DNA of 64,000 nucleotides from Cyanophora paradoxa CCMP329 (GCA_004431415.1 QPMI01000569.1:248001-312000), one strand, 5' to 3'; shown: positions 1 to 12,000, numbered from the stretch's first letter. The notes: generated from the sequence alone by a model not told the origin. A program made the numbers and translations.

Positions 1-905
1 CGCCTCCCCAGCTCCCCGGCGGCATTCAGCATGAGATCGAGAGCTACTGGCAGCAGGAGGTGCAACGCCACCTCGACGGACGCCAGCACGAACCCGCTCT
101 GCAGGAGCGCGACGGAGAGGCTGATCCACCGCTTTCGCCGAACAGCTCAGTCGGAGACCTGACGGACGCGACGGATGGAGAACCTGCTCAAGCGACTTCT
201 CCCGCGCCCTCGGCGTCACCTGCCTTCGCGGGGCAGCAGGGCAACAAGCAGCCTCGACGCAGGGCGGAGGATCGCCATCGAGCTGCGAAGCAGGCCCAAC
301 ATCGGTGGCTCAAACAACAAGCGCAACAGCGACACGAGGAGAACGTGCGCAACAACGCAGATCCTGACGGAGCCGAGGCGCGTCCTCGCCTCTCGAAGGA
401 ACAGCGTAAGCAGCGCCGCGACACTCGTCGCCAAGAACTTGAGGCACAAGCACCACGTCCCCCGAACCTTATCCTCACGCGTGGTGCGGGGTCTCGCAAG
501 GGTCGGTACGCCATCGCGCCCCCCAACGTGATGGACGTACTCGACGAGGCTCTCCTCCCGATACCGACTCCACCCGAGACGTTGGGCAACGAACGCGAAC
601 TTCCACCTGCGGAGCCGCTTACGACAGACGGCGTCGCTCCGTTGGATGACCGTACCGGCGGGCGCAACGCTCCGAAGCCGGTCTACTTACCGCCAGAGAC
701 CACTGTTGCCGACTGCTGGATGCAGGGGCCTCAGCCGCTGGTTGAAGTCCCTGTACCACCTGCTCTCCAGCCTCTGACGGTCGACGGAGCCTCTATGGTG
801 GAAGATCAGAAGACAGATCCACTCTGTCAGATGATCATCGCGTTCAAGCTGCGGAAGGAGAACCTTGCTCGTTGCTACGGCCACACTCACGGCGCTGACG
901 CCCTG
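1..905 (+). mobile_element. GC-rich host flank, probably part of an LTR-retrotransposon pol ORF truncated by the PLV-A insertion
   Basis: The open frame (60..932 in the track) ends in MVEDQKTDPLCQMII, resembling the Q-x-x-D-P helix before the integrase zinc domain of Ty3/Gypsy pol (compare LDAQKSDTRLRRIF in the ORF ending at 47719). Composition switches abruptly from GC-rich to AT-rich at 906. Confidence 0.4.
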
Positions 906-908
906 AGT

Positions 909-993
909 ACACATATGTATAAACTTATTTAAATCCCTCCGCTTCGCGCTTCGCGCTTCGCTCCTGGATTTAAATAAGTTTATACATATGTGT
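909..993. repeat. Perfect 28-bp inverted repeat (terminal hairpin) with (GCTTCGC)3 in the loop
   Basis: Arm 909-936 ACACATATGTATAAACTTATTTAAATCC is the reverse complement of 966-993. Confidence 0.95.
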
Positions 994-1304
994 CAAAATT
1001 AATACTAAAATACGTATTTATCGATTAAATTCTTTAACTTTTTATGCAAACTTTGTATAAATTAATGCAAACTTTGTATTAAAAATGAAAAACGCGTTTA
1101 ATTTTATGCATATTTACGATTGAATCAATTGATCTTATATCGATTGATTATGTTCTTTGTCGATTACATATATAACTGCGATTAATTTGCATTAAACTAC
1201 TTAAAGATCGATATAATCGCGATTAAATTGCATAAATTCGCATAAACTCGATATATCTCTCTTGTATTGAAGTAGACCACCGCCCATTCTGTATCGAAAA
1301 ATGC

Positions 1305-1563
1305 AAAAAGTGTCACAGAGTTGCATTGTGTCCAATTGAACAATCGATGAGATTGCTGATGTACATTTTTGCACCGAAAAAGTGTCACAGAGTTGCATTA
1401 TCTCCAATTAAACAATCGATTAGATTGCGGGATTTTCTATTGGAATATATCGGAACTGCATGGTCTCCAATTAAACAATCGATGAGATTGCGGATGTATA
1501 TTTTAGATTGAAAAAAGTGTCACAGAGTTGCATGGTCTCCAATTGAACAATCGATTAGATTGC
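1305..1563. repeat. Subterminal degenerate tandem repeat, ~65-70 bp x4
   Basis: Recurring AAAAAGTGTCACAGAGTTGCAT...TCCAATT(G/A)AACAATCGAT(G/T)AGATTGC. Confidence 0.85.
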
Positions 1564-1676
1564 ATATGTTCTATAAAACAGAATAATTGAGATCAAGTGT
1601 GACAGGTAGTATTCAAATGATATTCAGTAAGAGATAGTTTTGTTTTTGAGAAAGTCAGTAAGAGGGGTGGAATGTC

Positions 1677-2115
1677 TGTGACGCCTGTGACGGCTGTGAC
1701 GCCTGTTTTCAGAAGTCTGTCATTTTTGAAAATTTTAAAAAGTTTGAAAGTAGGTGTCACAGGCGTCACAGGCGTCACACTCAATTAAATTAGGTGTCAC
1801 AGCGAAATTGCAGACCATTTCCAGTAAGACAACTTCGCATTTTCAAAAAAGGTTGATTAATGGATAGTGTTTTGTAGGTGTCAGAGGTGTCACAAGACGG
1901 ATTTCAGTAAGACAAGAATATATTTTCGAAAATCTCAGTAAGAGAAAGAGATTCCATTTTTAATTGGGTGTGACGCCTGTGACGGCTGTGACGGCTGTTT
2001 TCAGAAGTCTGTCATTTTTGAAAATTTTAAAAAGTTTGAAAGTAGGCGTCACAGGCGTCACAGGCGTCACAGTCAATTAAAGAGGCGTCACAGTCAATTA
2101 AATAGGTGTCACACC
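1677..2115. repeat. Two copies of an iteron-like module: 3x TGTGACG(C/G)C, AT-rich spacer, 3x inverted GGCGTCACA
   Basis: Copies at ~1677-1789 and ~1960-2080; a third, inverted copy at 22286-22446. Confidence 0.9.
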
Positions 2116-2315
2116 CGATTATCTGACCATTTTCAGTAAGACCATCTGAAATTCTGAATTTCTCAGTGTCAACTAACTCGGAAATCGCAATACTCTATGT
2201 TTCTCCCATTTCTCCAACCCTGAAAACACACCTGTTATTCTCTCATCTATCTCATGAGATACTCTCGTTTCGCCAAAAATTGACAAACGATTTCCCATCA
2301 TGCTGTAAAGGAAAC

Positions 2316-2582
2316 ATGCCGATTAACCAGCAATATCACAATTTCCATGGAACTTACATCTTGATTGTGAATAGAATGCAAGATCATTATGAGATCTTTC
2401 AAGAGATGGGATTGCGAATTACAAGGAGAACAACCCTTTGTAGATTCTTGAAAAAGAATGGTGCTAAATGGGATAAGACAATTCGCCGATGGTATACAGA
2501 GGATGCTAAGAGTCCCCTTCTTAATATTTTCGAGACAGATGGGGAGTTCTTCTATCAGGATCGGTTTAATCATTACCAATAG
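2316..2582 (+). CDS. Small protein with DUF5710-like GAKWD...W motif
   Basis: LKKNGAKWDKTIRRWY; same motif family as 7580..7942. Start codon uncertain. Confidence 0.5.
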   Translation: MPINQQYHNFHGTYILIVNRMQDHYEIFQEMGLRITRRTTLCRFLKKNGAKWDKTIRRWYTEDAKSPLLNIFETDGEFFYQDRFNHYQ

Positions 2583-3498
2583 CCAAGAACTCCAACTGGA
2601 ATGAGTTGTCAATCCCATTCATATCTACAAGATCACCATAATAATCTCGAAACTCAACTGTTAACTCTCTAATCACAAGGTTTCGATCGGTTATTTTTAT
2701 GTATTCACTGTGCTCTCCACTGTGATAAACATACTGTCCAATATCTTTACTCAATTGCAATCTGAGAATCGCCCCTTGATTCTGTGGTTGTGATCTTGGA
2801 ACAATATTGTGGTTTGTAGCAAATGGGGAGAGTTCTTTAATGTGCATGTATAAATACTGTTCTGCATTCATGTCTGTCATCTTGGATGCTTCTAACTTGT
2901 AGTTTAAGCGAGATGCCTCGAATTCATATCCTGTGAATGTGATTCCCCATTGGGGATGGTTTGGGGTGATTGGGATTCCTGCAAAATAGAGGAAATTCTC
3001 GGGGGCATATAAAGACCTTGCAGACTCTGGGAAATCGTAGGTTTGCTCAATTGAAGCGACCCACTCCACAGAACTAACCCCAAGAAGTTTACCCAATCTC
3101 TGTGTAGATGCTACCATCTCGAATTGAACATTACTGTAAAACTCCAATTTGTAGGAAGTAGGATTGTAGTAGACCTTGAATGCATATGTGAGATTGTTGC
3201 TCCCAGTAAATGTGAAATTCAGACCATAATTATATGGACTGGTGACCCCGAAATGCCCTTGATTAATATAACCACTTGGGAGAAGGAAGACCTGTTTGGT
3301 TTCAGAGATGCCTTGGTAGAAGAATCTGAGAAGAAGGTGGTCTGTTCCAATGGAATTATAGATGCTGTTGGGGATCTCTGCATACAAAACTCGACATTCT
3401 CTTGGTTTGGTCACTGGGGTTGTGAGTGAAACTTTGTAGGAGTTTTCTATTTGTCCATCTGATCGGTCTCTGCTATCTATATTGACCAGCCGAATCAT
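2566..3498 (-). CDS. Minor capsid (penton) protein 1, PLV-A
   Basis: N-terminal NIDSRDR and C-terminal LTVEFRDYYGDLVDMNG..F.LEF, typical of PLV/NCLDV single jelly-roll minor capsid proteins. Homolog of 39800..40690. Confidence 0.8.
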   Translation of the reverse strand: MIRLVNIDSRDRSDGQIENSYKVSLTTPVTKPRECRVLYAEIPNSIYNSIGTDHLLLRFFYQGISETKQVFLLPSGYINQGHFGVTSPYNYGLNFTFTGSNNLTYAFKVYYNPTSYKLEFYSNVQFEMVASTQRLGKLLGVSSVEWVASIEQTYDFPESARSLYAPENFLYFAGIPITPNHPQWGITFTGYEFEASRLNYKLEASKMTDMNAEQYLYMHIKELSPFATNHNIVPRSQPQNQGAILRLQLSKDIGQYVYHSGEHSEYIKITDRNLVIRELTVEFRDYYGDLVDMNGIDNSFQLEFLAIGND

Positions 3499-3526
3499 TT
3501 TAATATATGTTTATAGATAAAAGAAG

Positions 3527-4537
3527 ATGCCTGTGGATTACATCGAAGTGAGCTCTTTCAATACAATTTCGGGAGATGGACCAACTTCGAGTTTTATTGC
3601 TCGCCTCCCCAGCACCTATGAATTTGTGAGAGCAGTAAGACTGGTTTCAGCAGAATTCTATAACAGCATTCCCATGGTGAGTGGTGAAACCAAACCAGGA
3701 GATGTGACAATAGATAATGCAATCTACCTTTATTGGTCTGAATATCTTTCTGGTGCAGGAAGCACTGGTATTCCAACTGATCGACCTGCTGCTGATTATG
3801 AATCATGGAAACACATTGTGATAAGTCGCAGCACACCCATTCAAAACCACCAACAACTGGTGAATGTAATTAACTCCAAACTTGCATTGAGAGAACCAGC
3901 AGTAGCTATTCGCTGTAAATGGGATGATTCACTGAAACGAGTTATATTCCATTCCACCATACCGTTTTACCTGGCTTTCTCAACCGCAATTAACCCAAAC
4001 CAGGCGCAGATTCAGAGGTTTTTGAGTTCTGCTCGACTGCTTGGTCTTGATCCTGGGAGATATGGTAACACCCCAATCCAATCACAGGTTTATAATACTC
4101 TTACTGATGGTATCTTTACTGGGTCGATGGTGCATGGTATTATATCTTCATTTGAACCTGAAAAGACCAGGGATAGTGTCCTATTTGTGAGAGTAAAGGA
4201 GTTGGGTGATCTGGTTCAATGTGGTGATGGTCTCCTCACTGGATATTTCCACAAAATCGTTGTTCCAGATAAAGATTATGGTGAGCATGTCGTTTATAAT
4301 TCGACAGAAGCCCATCCGATTTATAAATACTATAACAAGAATCTGGGACTTTCCACATTTTCGGTTGATATTGTGAATGCAGTTAATGAACCAATTGATT
4401 TCGAGGGTCAACCTGTCCACCTCACCTTCGAAATTCGATATGGTGATGAACCTGCTGGTGATCCTGTGTACGAATACTTCAAGAGGAGAATGGCGGAAAC
4501 ACATCCATCTTATCCGGTTATTGCGAATTTTGCGTAA
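3527..4537 (+). CDS. Minor capsid (penton-like) protein 2, PLV-A
   Basis: VRLVSAEF.NS and IDFEGQPVHLTFEI motifs; homolog of 40718..41674. Confidence 0.75.
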   Translation: MPVDYIEVSSFNTISGDGPTSSFIARLPSTYEFVRAVRLVSAEFYNSIPMVSGETKPGDVTIDNAIYLYWSEYLSGAGSTGIPTDRPAADYESWKHIVISRSTPIQNHQQLVNVINSKLALREPAVAIRCKWDDSLKRVIFHSTIPFYLAFSTAINPNQAQIQRFLSSARLLGLDPGRYGNTPIQSQVYNTLTDGIFTGSMVHGIISSFEPEKTRDSVLFVRVKELGDLVQCGDGLLTGYFHKIVVPDKDYGEHVVYNSTEAHPIYKYYNKNLGLSTFSVDIVNAVNEPIDFEGQPVHLTFEIRYGDEPAGDPVYEYFKRRMAETHPSYPVIANFA

Positions 4538-4591
4538 AATCAAGGATCATTGGTGAATTTTTTATGTTGCAGTATAATAAAAGAGATAATC

Positions 4592-5965
4592 ATGGATATT
4601 ACTTCGACCCTCCAACGTCTTTCTCTGAAAGAAGCTCTAACAACCCCGGAAGAAGCCAAGGCGTTCTTCTTGGACAACTCTCTCATGCTTGGTCTTGAAT
4701 CCAAGTCGAAGCCAGTTCTTGTTGTTGTGAACCCAAGCAACACTTTCGAGAATAATGCTGGAAATCGCATTTCTTTCAAGCTCCCTCGCTACAATTTCTG
4801 TGGAAAACTCGAACTTGCGTTTGACCTTCCAGCTGTCACTTTTGCTGGTGATACCGACCTTGTTCGCAATGGATACGTTCGCCCAGTTGGTGCTCTTGTC
4901 TCTCGACTTGAAATCACCTATGGATCTTACACCTTCCATGTGCCTTCTGATTTCCTTGCTCATTTCCCTCTTATCTATTACAGTGAGGATCAACTCGCCA
5001 AGAAGAAGCGTTCAATGGGAATGGTTCATGGTATCCCTGCCCATGGAACCAACCGACTTGGTGGGTCATTTTTCACTGAAATCCCAGTCCCATGGCTAAA
5101 CCACTACCTACCTCTTGGTGCTCTCTCAGGAGAAATGGTGGTAACTGTCTGGTTCAAGGATGCTGGAAAGGGTTATGTTGAGACTTCTTATGGTGGTCGT
5201 GCTCTTCCAGTTGTTGGTGGAACAGCTGCTGATAAGACAGAGGATGATGGACTTGGTGCTACTGCTAATGCTACTCTTGCCCATGTTGGTCAACAGATCA
5301 CCACTTTTGGAATTGGTGCAACAACAACCCCCGAAATTAAAGTCACTTCTCCTCGTCTTTACATGCATGCTATTAATGTTTCTGATGAACTGTTTGCTAC
5401 TGTCATTGAGAAGGTGAAGACCACTGGTATGGCTATTCCTGCTCTGGATATTGGTTTCGTAGACAGTGTCAATTTTGCTGCAAAAGGCAATGCTCAACCA
5501 AATCGTATTAACCTGTCACAGATCTCTGGTCTTGTCTATGGTCTTCTTGTTTCAGTTCGTGATGCCGCAGGTATTGATGGTTTCAATGGTTCCCACAGTG
5601 TCCTAAAAACGCATGCTAACTCGAAAGACATTACTTTCACTGTTGAAATTAATGGTCAACGTCTCTATGCTACTGAGCCCATCCCTCTCCTCAAAGGTGC
5701 CGAATTAATTGCGGATGCCTTCAAGTGCTCGAATATGGACAAGGGTGCAGACAAATATGTCCTCAGTGGTCTACCATTCTGTGTTGATGGAGAGAAAGCG
5801 ATTCGCAACATTGCCCAGTCTGGCTATGTTGATCTCACGAACTCCTCCTCCTCTTTCCTCACTCTATACATGCCTTCTGACCAGACAATCACAGTTAATG
5901 TTCGTGCTCTCATGCACAGTTTCATTATTGTTGACAAAGATGGGCTCCGACGAATTAATCTGTAA
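4592..5965 (+). CDS. Major capsid protein (double jelly-roll), PLV-A
   Basis: ~457 aa beta-rich protein between pentons and ATPase, with FKLPRY..and YLPLGAL motifs. Closely similar to 41775..43163. Confidence 0.8.
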   Translation: MDITSTLQRLSLKEALTTPEEAKAFFLDNSLMLGLESKSKPVLVVVNPSNTFENNAGNRISFKLPRYNFCGKLELAFDLPAVTFAGDTDLVRNGYVRPVGALVSRLEITYGSYTFHVPSDFLAHFPLIYYSEDQLAKKKRSMGMVHGIPAHGTNRLGGSFFTEIPVPWLNHYLPLGALSGEMVVTVWFKDAGKGYVETSYGGRALPVVGGTAADKTEDDGLGATANATLAHVGQQITTFGIGATTTPEIKVTSPRLYMHAINVSDELFATVIEKVKTTGMAIPALDIGFVDSVNFAAKGNAQPNRINLSQISGLVYGLLVSVRDAAGIDGFNGSHSVLKTHANSKDITFTVEINGQRLYATEPIPLLKGAELIADAFKCSNMDKGADKYVLSGLPFCVDGEKAIRNIAQSGYVDLTNSSSSFLTLYMPSDQTITVNVRALMHSFIIVDKDGLRRINL

Positions 5966-6027
5966 AACCATGATCAGTAACGTTTCGTTATTTTTATCTA
6001 TCTTTAATAAGAAAGATCTACAAAGCC

Positions 6028-6810
6028 ATGAACGATTTAGAAGAGTTTAATGCAGGCGAAATGATAACCCCACCATTTCGTGCTCTTTTCATAGGAAAGT
6101 CTGCAACAGGTAAGTCAGAATGTGTGAAATATTGGTTGAAACAGCTGCATGATGCGAAAAAGATTGATACTGTTCTTGTTGTGAGTGGGACGTCCTTCAA
6201 TCATTTCTGGGATGCAGTAGCAACATTGCAACTCGGGAAATGGGATGCTGCTTATATTTCCAAATTACTGGATGAAAGGCAGGAGAAAATCGAAAAAGGG
6301 GAACCGGTCAATCACCTCTGTGTGGTCTTAGATGATTTAATAGACAACGAAATCATTGACTTGACCCGAGACAAAATCGTGGGATCCCTGTATTCCAGAG
6401 GTCGACATTCGAAAATCTCGATTATTTGCATCACACAGAAGCTGAGGAAGGTTTCATCAACAATTCGAGTAAATTCGGATTATGCTGTGTTCCTGAGTGC
6501 TGCTAATCGCAAAGAACTCGAAGCAATCGAGGAGGAATACAATATCATGCGAAACAAAGACGATTTCTATAAGATGTTTGAGGAGTATGTCCACTCCTAT
6601 CAATATATAGTGTGGTCTTCTGCGAATTATTCGGTGAACTATTATGTTGATAAAGCGGATCTGGTCAAAGATTTCCCATTTCCTCGGTTCCACAGGAAGC
6701 CCAAAAAGAAAGAGGACGAATTACCACCTCCACAGAAAGAGGAAGCCCCCAAAGAGGTCAAGAGTGGTGTTCATTCGAATAAACTGATGCGATATAAGAG
6801 AGGTTTGTAA
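6028..6810 (+). CDS. A32/FtsK-like genome packaging ATPase, PLV-A
   Basis: Walker A GKSATGKS, Walker B VVLDD, and RGRH..ISII.ITQ...IRVNSDY. Confidence 0.92.
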   Translation: MNDLEEFNAGEMITPPFRALFIGKSATGKSECVKYWLKQLHDAKKIDTVLVVSGTSFNHFWDAVATLQLGKWDAAYISKLLDERQEKIEKGEPVNHLCVVLDDLIDNEIIDLTRDKIVGSLYSRGRHSKISIICITQKLRKVSSTIRVNSDYAVFLSAANRKELEAIEEEYNIMRNKDDFYKMFEEYVHSYQYIVWSSANYSVNYYVDKADLVKDFPFPRFHRKPKKKEDELPPPQKEEAPKEVKSGVHSNKLMRYKRGL

Positions 6811-6838
6811 AATAATCTCTGCTTCTAATAAATATACA

Positions 6839-7328
6839 ATGCCTTCCAAACGCAAAGTTGGTGTTCCTGCTGGTGCTATCTCATATTCTGCATCCTCTGG
6901 AACCGGTTCTATTAACACAGATCCCATGAAATTCAATGGTGTCAACGAAGTGAAAGCATCACAGCAACAGGAAGATCCCCTCAATGCTGCTTACGAAGAA
7001 TCACCAGATGATAAAGCGCCCCAGACATCCACAAGTGACCAGTTGAATATTTCGCCCGAAACCTCCAAGATGAAGGCAGTTGGTGAAGGTGCTCGTCGAA
7101 TTATTGGTGCTGCTGATGACAAAGGACTGGGTCTGCAAGATCTCTCACTGGCTCGCAAAGGTGAAGGTGTCTCCAAAGAATCAGACAAGGTAATTCAATC
7201 CATGGCTGGTGAGGTGACCTACAAGGTCGCACCTACACAGAATATTCACCGAATTCCCAAAGCCCAATGGGACGAAATGACTGCGAAACTTAAAGATCTG
7301 GAAGCGAAATCGAGTGCACTGGAACAGT
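6839..7328 (+). pseudogene. 5' part of conserved post-ATPase gene, split by PLV-B
   Basis: Joins 18751 in frame (LEQ|YVSEKKERAKLKEMLR), matching 43985..44623 (IESYVKDKQERAKIREMLR). Confidence 0.9.
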
Positions 7329-7503
7329 AAAAAAATGTAAATTGGGCATACTGCCCCACGAAATTATATATGGTAATAAAATCGAATAAACTTTAAACTT
7401 TTCGATATTCCACAAACGTTTGGACAAAACCAAATCAAAAACAAACCATTCACAGTAACCACACAAAACAAAACGTAAAATCTCAGTAAGCCTCAGTAAC
7501 AAC
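7329..7503 (+). repeat. Left TIR of PLV-B
   Basis: Reverse complement of 18570-18744, one mismatch seen. Begins AAAAAAATG. Confidence 0.95.
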
Positions 7504-7579
7504 AATCGATGTTATATCATAATCTCGGTTATTCCTCATTGATTGTTTCATATAAAAATAATCTGATAATCTGAATAAA

Positions 7580-7942
7580 ATGGAAACCAAGCCACAACAA
7601 CGCTTTTACATTTTCTCTCGATATGATGATCGTGAATTGGTGAAATCAAAAGGAGCAAAATGGGATTTTGAAAAGAAGCTATGGTTTGTTGAAGATGAAA
7701 ACAGTGAGATCTTCAAAGAATTCCGAAAACTAACAGAAGACGAAATCAAATACATTAATGTTAAAATGTATTGTCAAGTTGCTTTCAAAGACATCCAATT
7801 AGCGAAATCTTATGGTCTCAGATGGGACCCCATTCATAAGGGTTGGTATGTTAAAGGAATCCATAATAAAGAAATTTTCAAAGTGTTCAGACCTATCACG
7901 AAAATTGTTGAATCGAAAGATGGTTCATACCTCACAACCTAA
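7580..7942 (+). CDS. Tandem DUF5710-like domain protein
   Basis: Two repeats: GAKWDFEKKLWFV and GLRWDPIHKGWYV. Confidence 0.7.
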   Translation: METKPQQRFYIFSRYDDRELVKSKGAKWDFEKKLWFVEDENSEIFKEFRKLTEDEIKYINVKMYCQVAFKDIQLAKSYGLRWDPIHKGWYVKGIHNKEIFKVFRPITKIVESKDGSYLTT

Positions 7943-8997
7943 CGCCTAGTCAATCCGCTTCTTAAATTATACCTCTTCCTAACTACTTTGCTCCTATTGG
8001 GCTTGATACCCTCTTTTGCTACTAATCTATTTACCTTCGTTGTTTTTTTCACTCGCTCCACACGCTTCTGTGTGGGAATCTTAACAATTGCTGCCTTATC
8101 TACTTTTTGCAACTCGTTCAGTTTAAAGTTTCGTTTTACTTCCTTTGGACTCTCTCCCTCATTCTCTTCCAATAAACTAAATCGATTACCTACCTTGCCT
8201 GCTACTTTATACACTTGTTTGCTGTATCTTGCTCCTTCTTTATCGAAAGTCTTCTTTTCAGTTACAGCTCGAACATAATCTCCCTCCTTTACTGTTGGGC
8301 TACCTTCTTTAATACGTTTGTTATGCAATGCATCACGCAAATATATGAACGATTCTTTCTCGTTATTCCCATACACTGCATTGGGTGAATCATTCTTTAG
8401 GGAAGTGTGTGGACTGTTGTTGTAAGTTGCCAGAACCTGTTTGTAATAATCAGTCCATTTTGGGTTCCCACTCGAAACTATTGCTTTTCTCAAATATTGT
8501 TTAAAAGTTCTGGTGAACCTATCGATAATACCAAGTTTATCACCTACTGTGATGTGGTCATTCTTAGCTACATCAGTGTAGAGTGTAACATTGTTTTCCT
8601 CACACCATTTCCTATAAATCTCAGCAGAGAACTCATTGTCTCCTGAGATAGCACTAACCTTGCCTGCCTCAACTTTGAACCTGTTGAAAATATCGATTTT
8701 CGAATCCTTTGGCTTGAAAGGGTATACAAATGCTTTCCGACTCAATATATCGACAAATCCCAGCATCCTATCCACTCCATGTGTTGCTGTCTTGTAGCTT
8801 TTGAAATAAATCACATCAACCTGAAAGGAATTGGGTGGAGCAATGATCCGCAAGAAAGACTTTTGCTTTTTGGGCTTCTTAAAGATCTGCTCAAGCTCTT
8901 GATTTTTAAAACGCTTTCTTAGTTCTTCCTCATCAAATGTGATACCTTCTTTAATCAATTTCTGTCGATACTTGGTATAACTCAGAACCTGGTCCAT
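7939..8997 (-). CDS. Retroviral-like (rve) integrase, PLV-B
   Basis: FQVD, SGDNEF, GIIDRFTRT, YNNSPHTSL...SP, and C-terminal GDYVR..YSKQVYKV. Confidence 0.9.
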   Translation of the reverse strand: MDQVLSYTKYRQKLIKEGITFDEEELRKRFKNQELEQIFKKPKKQKSFLRIIAPPNSFQVDVIYFKSYKTATHGVDRMLGFVDILSRKAFVYPFKPKDSKIDIFNRFKVEAGKVSAISGDNEFSAEIYRKWCEENNVTLYTDVAKNDHITVGDKLGIIDRFTRTFKQYLRKAIVSSGNPKWTDYYKQVLATYNNSPHTSLKNDSPNAVYGNNEKESFIYLRDALHNKRIKEGSPTVKEGDYVRAVTEKKTFDKEGARYSKQVYKVAGKVGNRFSLLEENEGESPKEVKRNFKLNELQKVDKAAIVKIPTQKRVERVKKTTKVNRLVAKEGIKPNRSKVVRKRYNLRSGLTRR

Positions 8998-9002
8998 CCT
9001 TA

Positions 9003-12000
9003 TTATAGTGTTGTTTTTGTTTTATAGTGTCCAATCGCAAGAGTAGTATAGAGGTCCTCACAAAGATACCTCTTAGTATCGAGCGCATTGAATGCCCTTT
9101 TCTTCATTTCCTGCGTTGTTACCTCGTGGTTCTTTGATCGGAAACCTCGAACTGTTACTTTCTCCCGCTCCTTCATTGGATACATGACAGTGTTGTAGAA
9201 TTGTAGGAACTCTAACCTATTCTGCACTACTGACCGCTGAACTCCCTTCAACTTCTTAACCTTACTATCAATAACATCAGCTTCCGTAGCATTCGACTTC
9301 ACTCTTAACAAATCCTTCAACTTGTCAGCAATCACCTGTTTTACATTTTCTTCTGATCCCAGAGCCTTAACATTCAACTCCTTCTCGTAGGAGTATGCTT
9401 TTGGTTTGTAACCAGCAAACCTTGTAACGAGATAATCACCACAATCATCCTTGAACAAACCGGGAACCTTTTTATTTTTAGGGTTGTAACAGATGTGGGA
9501 TTTGCTGTAATCAGACTGATCAAACCAATGAGAATCCTCAATCATGTCTTTGTAGATATCGTCAGTCTCAATCAGATAATACAGGGAATCTGTATCAGTC
9601 ATGAGCAGCTTGGCTGATCCAGGTCCATACTTCACCATGATGTAATCGTAATGGAAACGATACATGATTAGTTTGGACAGATCCAAGATAGCCTGACCAA
9701 CATAAATGGGTTTATCCAACATAATAGAACCCTTATAGAACTCTAAAGCAGTAAGATTCTCATTGATAATCTTCACTGTCTTCAACAATGGATTGCCGTT
9801 GTGTTTGAGCTGCACCCTGGGATCGTTGCAAAGCTTTATGTTACTTCGCTTGCGAACGTTCTCCATGGTCTTTCCGAAAACTGAGTTATTCATGAGTTTG
9901 TAGAAATCTTTCTCGAAATCATTACGAGCTTGCGTCCGCAGTCCGGTATTGAAATCGATGTATGGTCTCAGCCACTCAGATTGATCATACATAATCCACG
10001 ATGAACCTTTGTTACCTTCAATCCTTTTGAGATGTAGTACTGCAAGTTTTTGATGTGTAGGATGTAATTGGTCTTGTTCATCAGATTGGGAACCAACTTA
10101 CGAGTCTGGGGTAGTTTTTCATCACCAATCATTTCAAGCTGTGTTGGTGAAATCATTGACTTGGTGATTATTAGAGATTCGGGAGCAAGAGGTAAATCAC
10201 TGTGAAGATCATGTAGGTGTTCTGGATATTCCAAGTCAACCTCCAAAGTTGCACCTCTATCACCTTCCACATCAAAGCCCATATAATCGAAATTCTCGAT
10301 GTCATCAATCCACTCAAATCCACCTCTGGGTAGCTTGAAACTCATCGCTTTCCCATACAGATTGTTGGCATCCCAAGTGGTGATATACTTTGTTGACTTT
10401 GATGGATCATAAGACTTCATGTAGGGGTTATTAGCCTCTGCATAACGATTGGGAACCATGCAAACACCTCCACGAATTCCAAGTTCAAAGAATCTATACA
10501 TTTCAGGGTCACTCAATTGCTCCAACTCCACACCTGTATATTTCAACATCGCGAACCATGACAGGTGAGGAGCTGAAATGAAATGGATAGGATCGATCTT
10601 ATAATTACTGTAGCAAACATTGCGGAATGTATTGAAAACGTCAGCAAGCAGAGCAACATCAGTAGAAAGATAGATATCGTGATAATCTCCGAGAGTTTTG
10701 CAGTTGAAAGCGTCCCATACCTTCTGGCAATGTTTGTAGTCGGAGTCACTCAGTTCGGTATCATTGAGTTTCGAGTAGAAAGCTTCTTTGGGAGGTAATT
10801 GGGTCCCACTGAGTTTCTCGAAGCTATCCAGGTAGTCGTAAGGGAAGTGTCCCTTTTGCATCAGTAGCTCTCGCTGTTCCTGTGAATAATTTACAGAATC
10901 ACACCACTCATTGGTGAATTTAAAATTATTCTTACTGAGATTCTTTACCAGACCATCAAGGCTCGAAGCCATGAAATTCAAAGAGTCCATGAACTTGTAT
11001 GGTCCCATATCGAATGCTATGAACTTCTCAAAATTCTGGGCAATGCAACGAATTTCCTTACCAGGTTCATTGAAATTCAAAGCCTTCAGAATATAGTGTC
11101 CATCATAACCTTTTAGATTGTGGAACACAACTGGGATCTTTGGATTGATCTTTCGTTTCAGATTGCAAGTATTGCAAGCTGCTCCAAGGTAATCTCCTGT
11201 AATGTGATCGTGGTCTCTAACCTTTTTAACTTGACATGTGTTACCATTGTCATCAGTTATAGTAGCTCCAAACTCATCTCCGCAGATGTAGCAAGCAACA
11301 GAATCTCTGTAATCCTCTTTGTGCCATTGTTCCATAACCATTGGTGCAACATGTCTAAGCTTCTCAAGTAAATCGGATTCAATCGTTTTCAGTGTCTCCA
11401 TAAAGTGCTGTGTAACCTCATCATCATTTTCTGGGTTCTCCTTCCGATACAATACCTGTTTTATAATCTCTTCGTTGTGGATAACCATGATTTTGTATCC
11501 ACTTGGAATGTGCTTCTGGTAGACTGCAGTGTTTTCACCTCGTGTCTCATCCACCTTTTGCAATATACATTCGAAGTCAGCAACAACAAACATTGGATGC
11601 CATACAGTCTTGTCAACATGTCTCTTTGGGTCCCACTTGGTCTTAGATCCGCTTGGTGGCATTGTGTCAACTGTTGCATTTGGTCGATCGTAACACTTGT
11701 TGTGTTTAATGTGTCTCTCCAATACCGTTTCACTGGTGAACCCTCTCAAACAAGCTTTACAGAAATGGCGAGTTCCATGGTGTGAATTCGATATTAACCT
11801 TGACATGCTAGAAATGTAACCATAGTGGGTTTTTTCGTTGACAGTCCACAGAAGAATGTCAATTGTAAGATGTTGTTGGGATGGGTCCTTACAGATATGG
11901 ACTGGAACGATATGTGATCGATCGACCATATACACATTGATTGGTCGACCAATCATTTTTGATGCTCGTTCGTACTGACGAGGATCATTCTTGAATGGGA

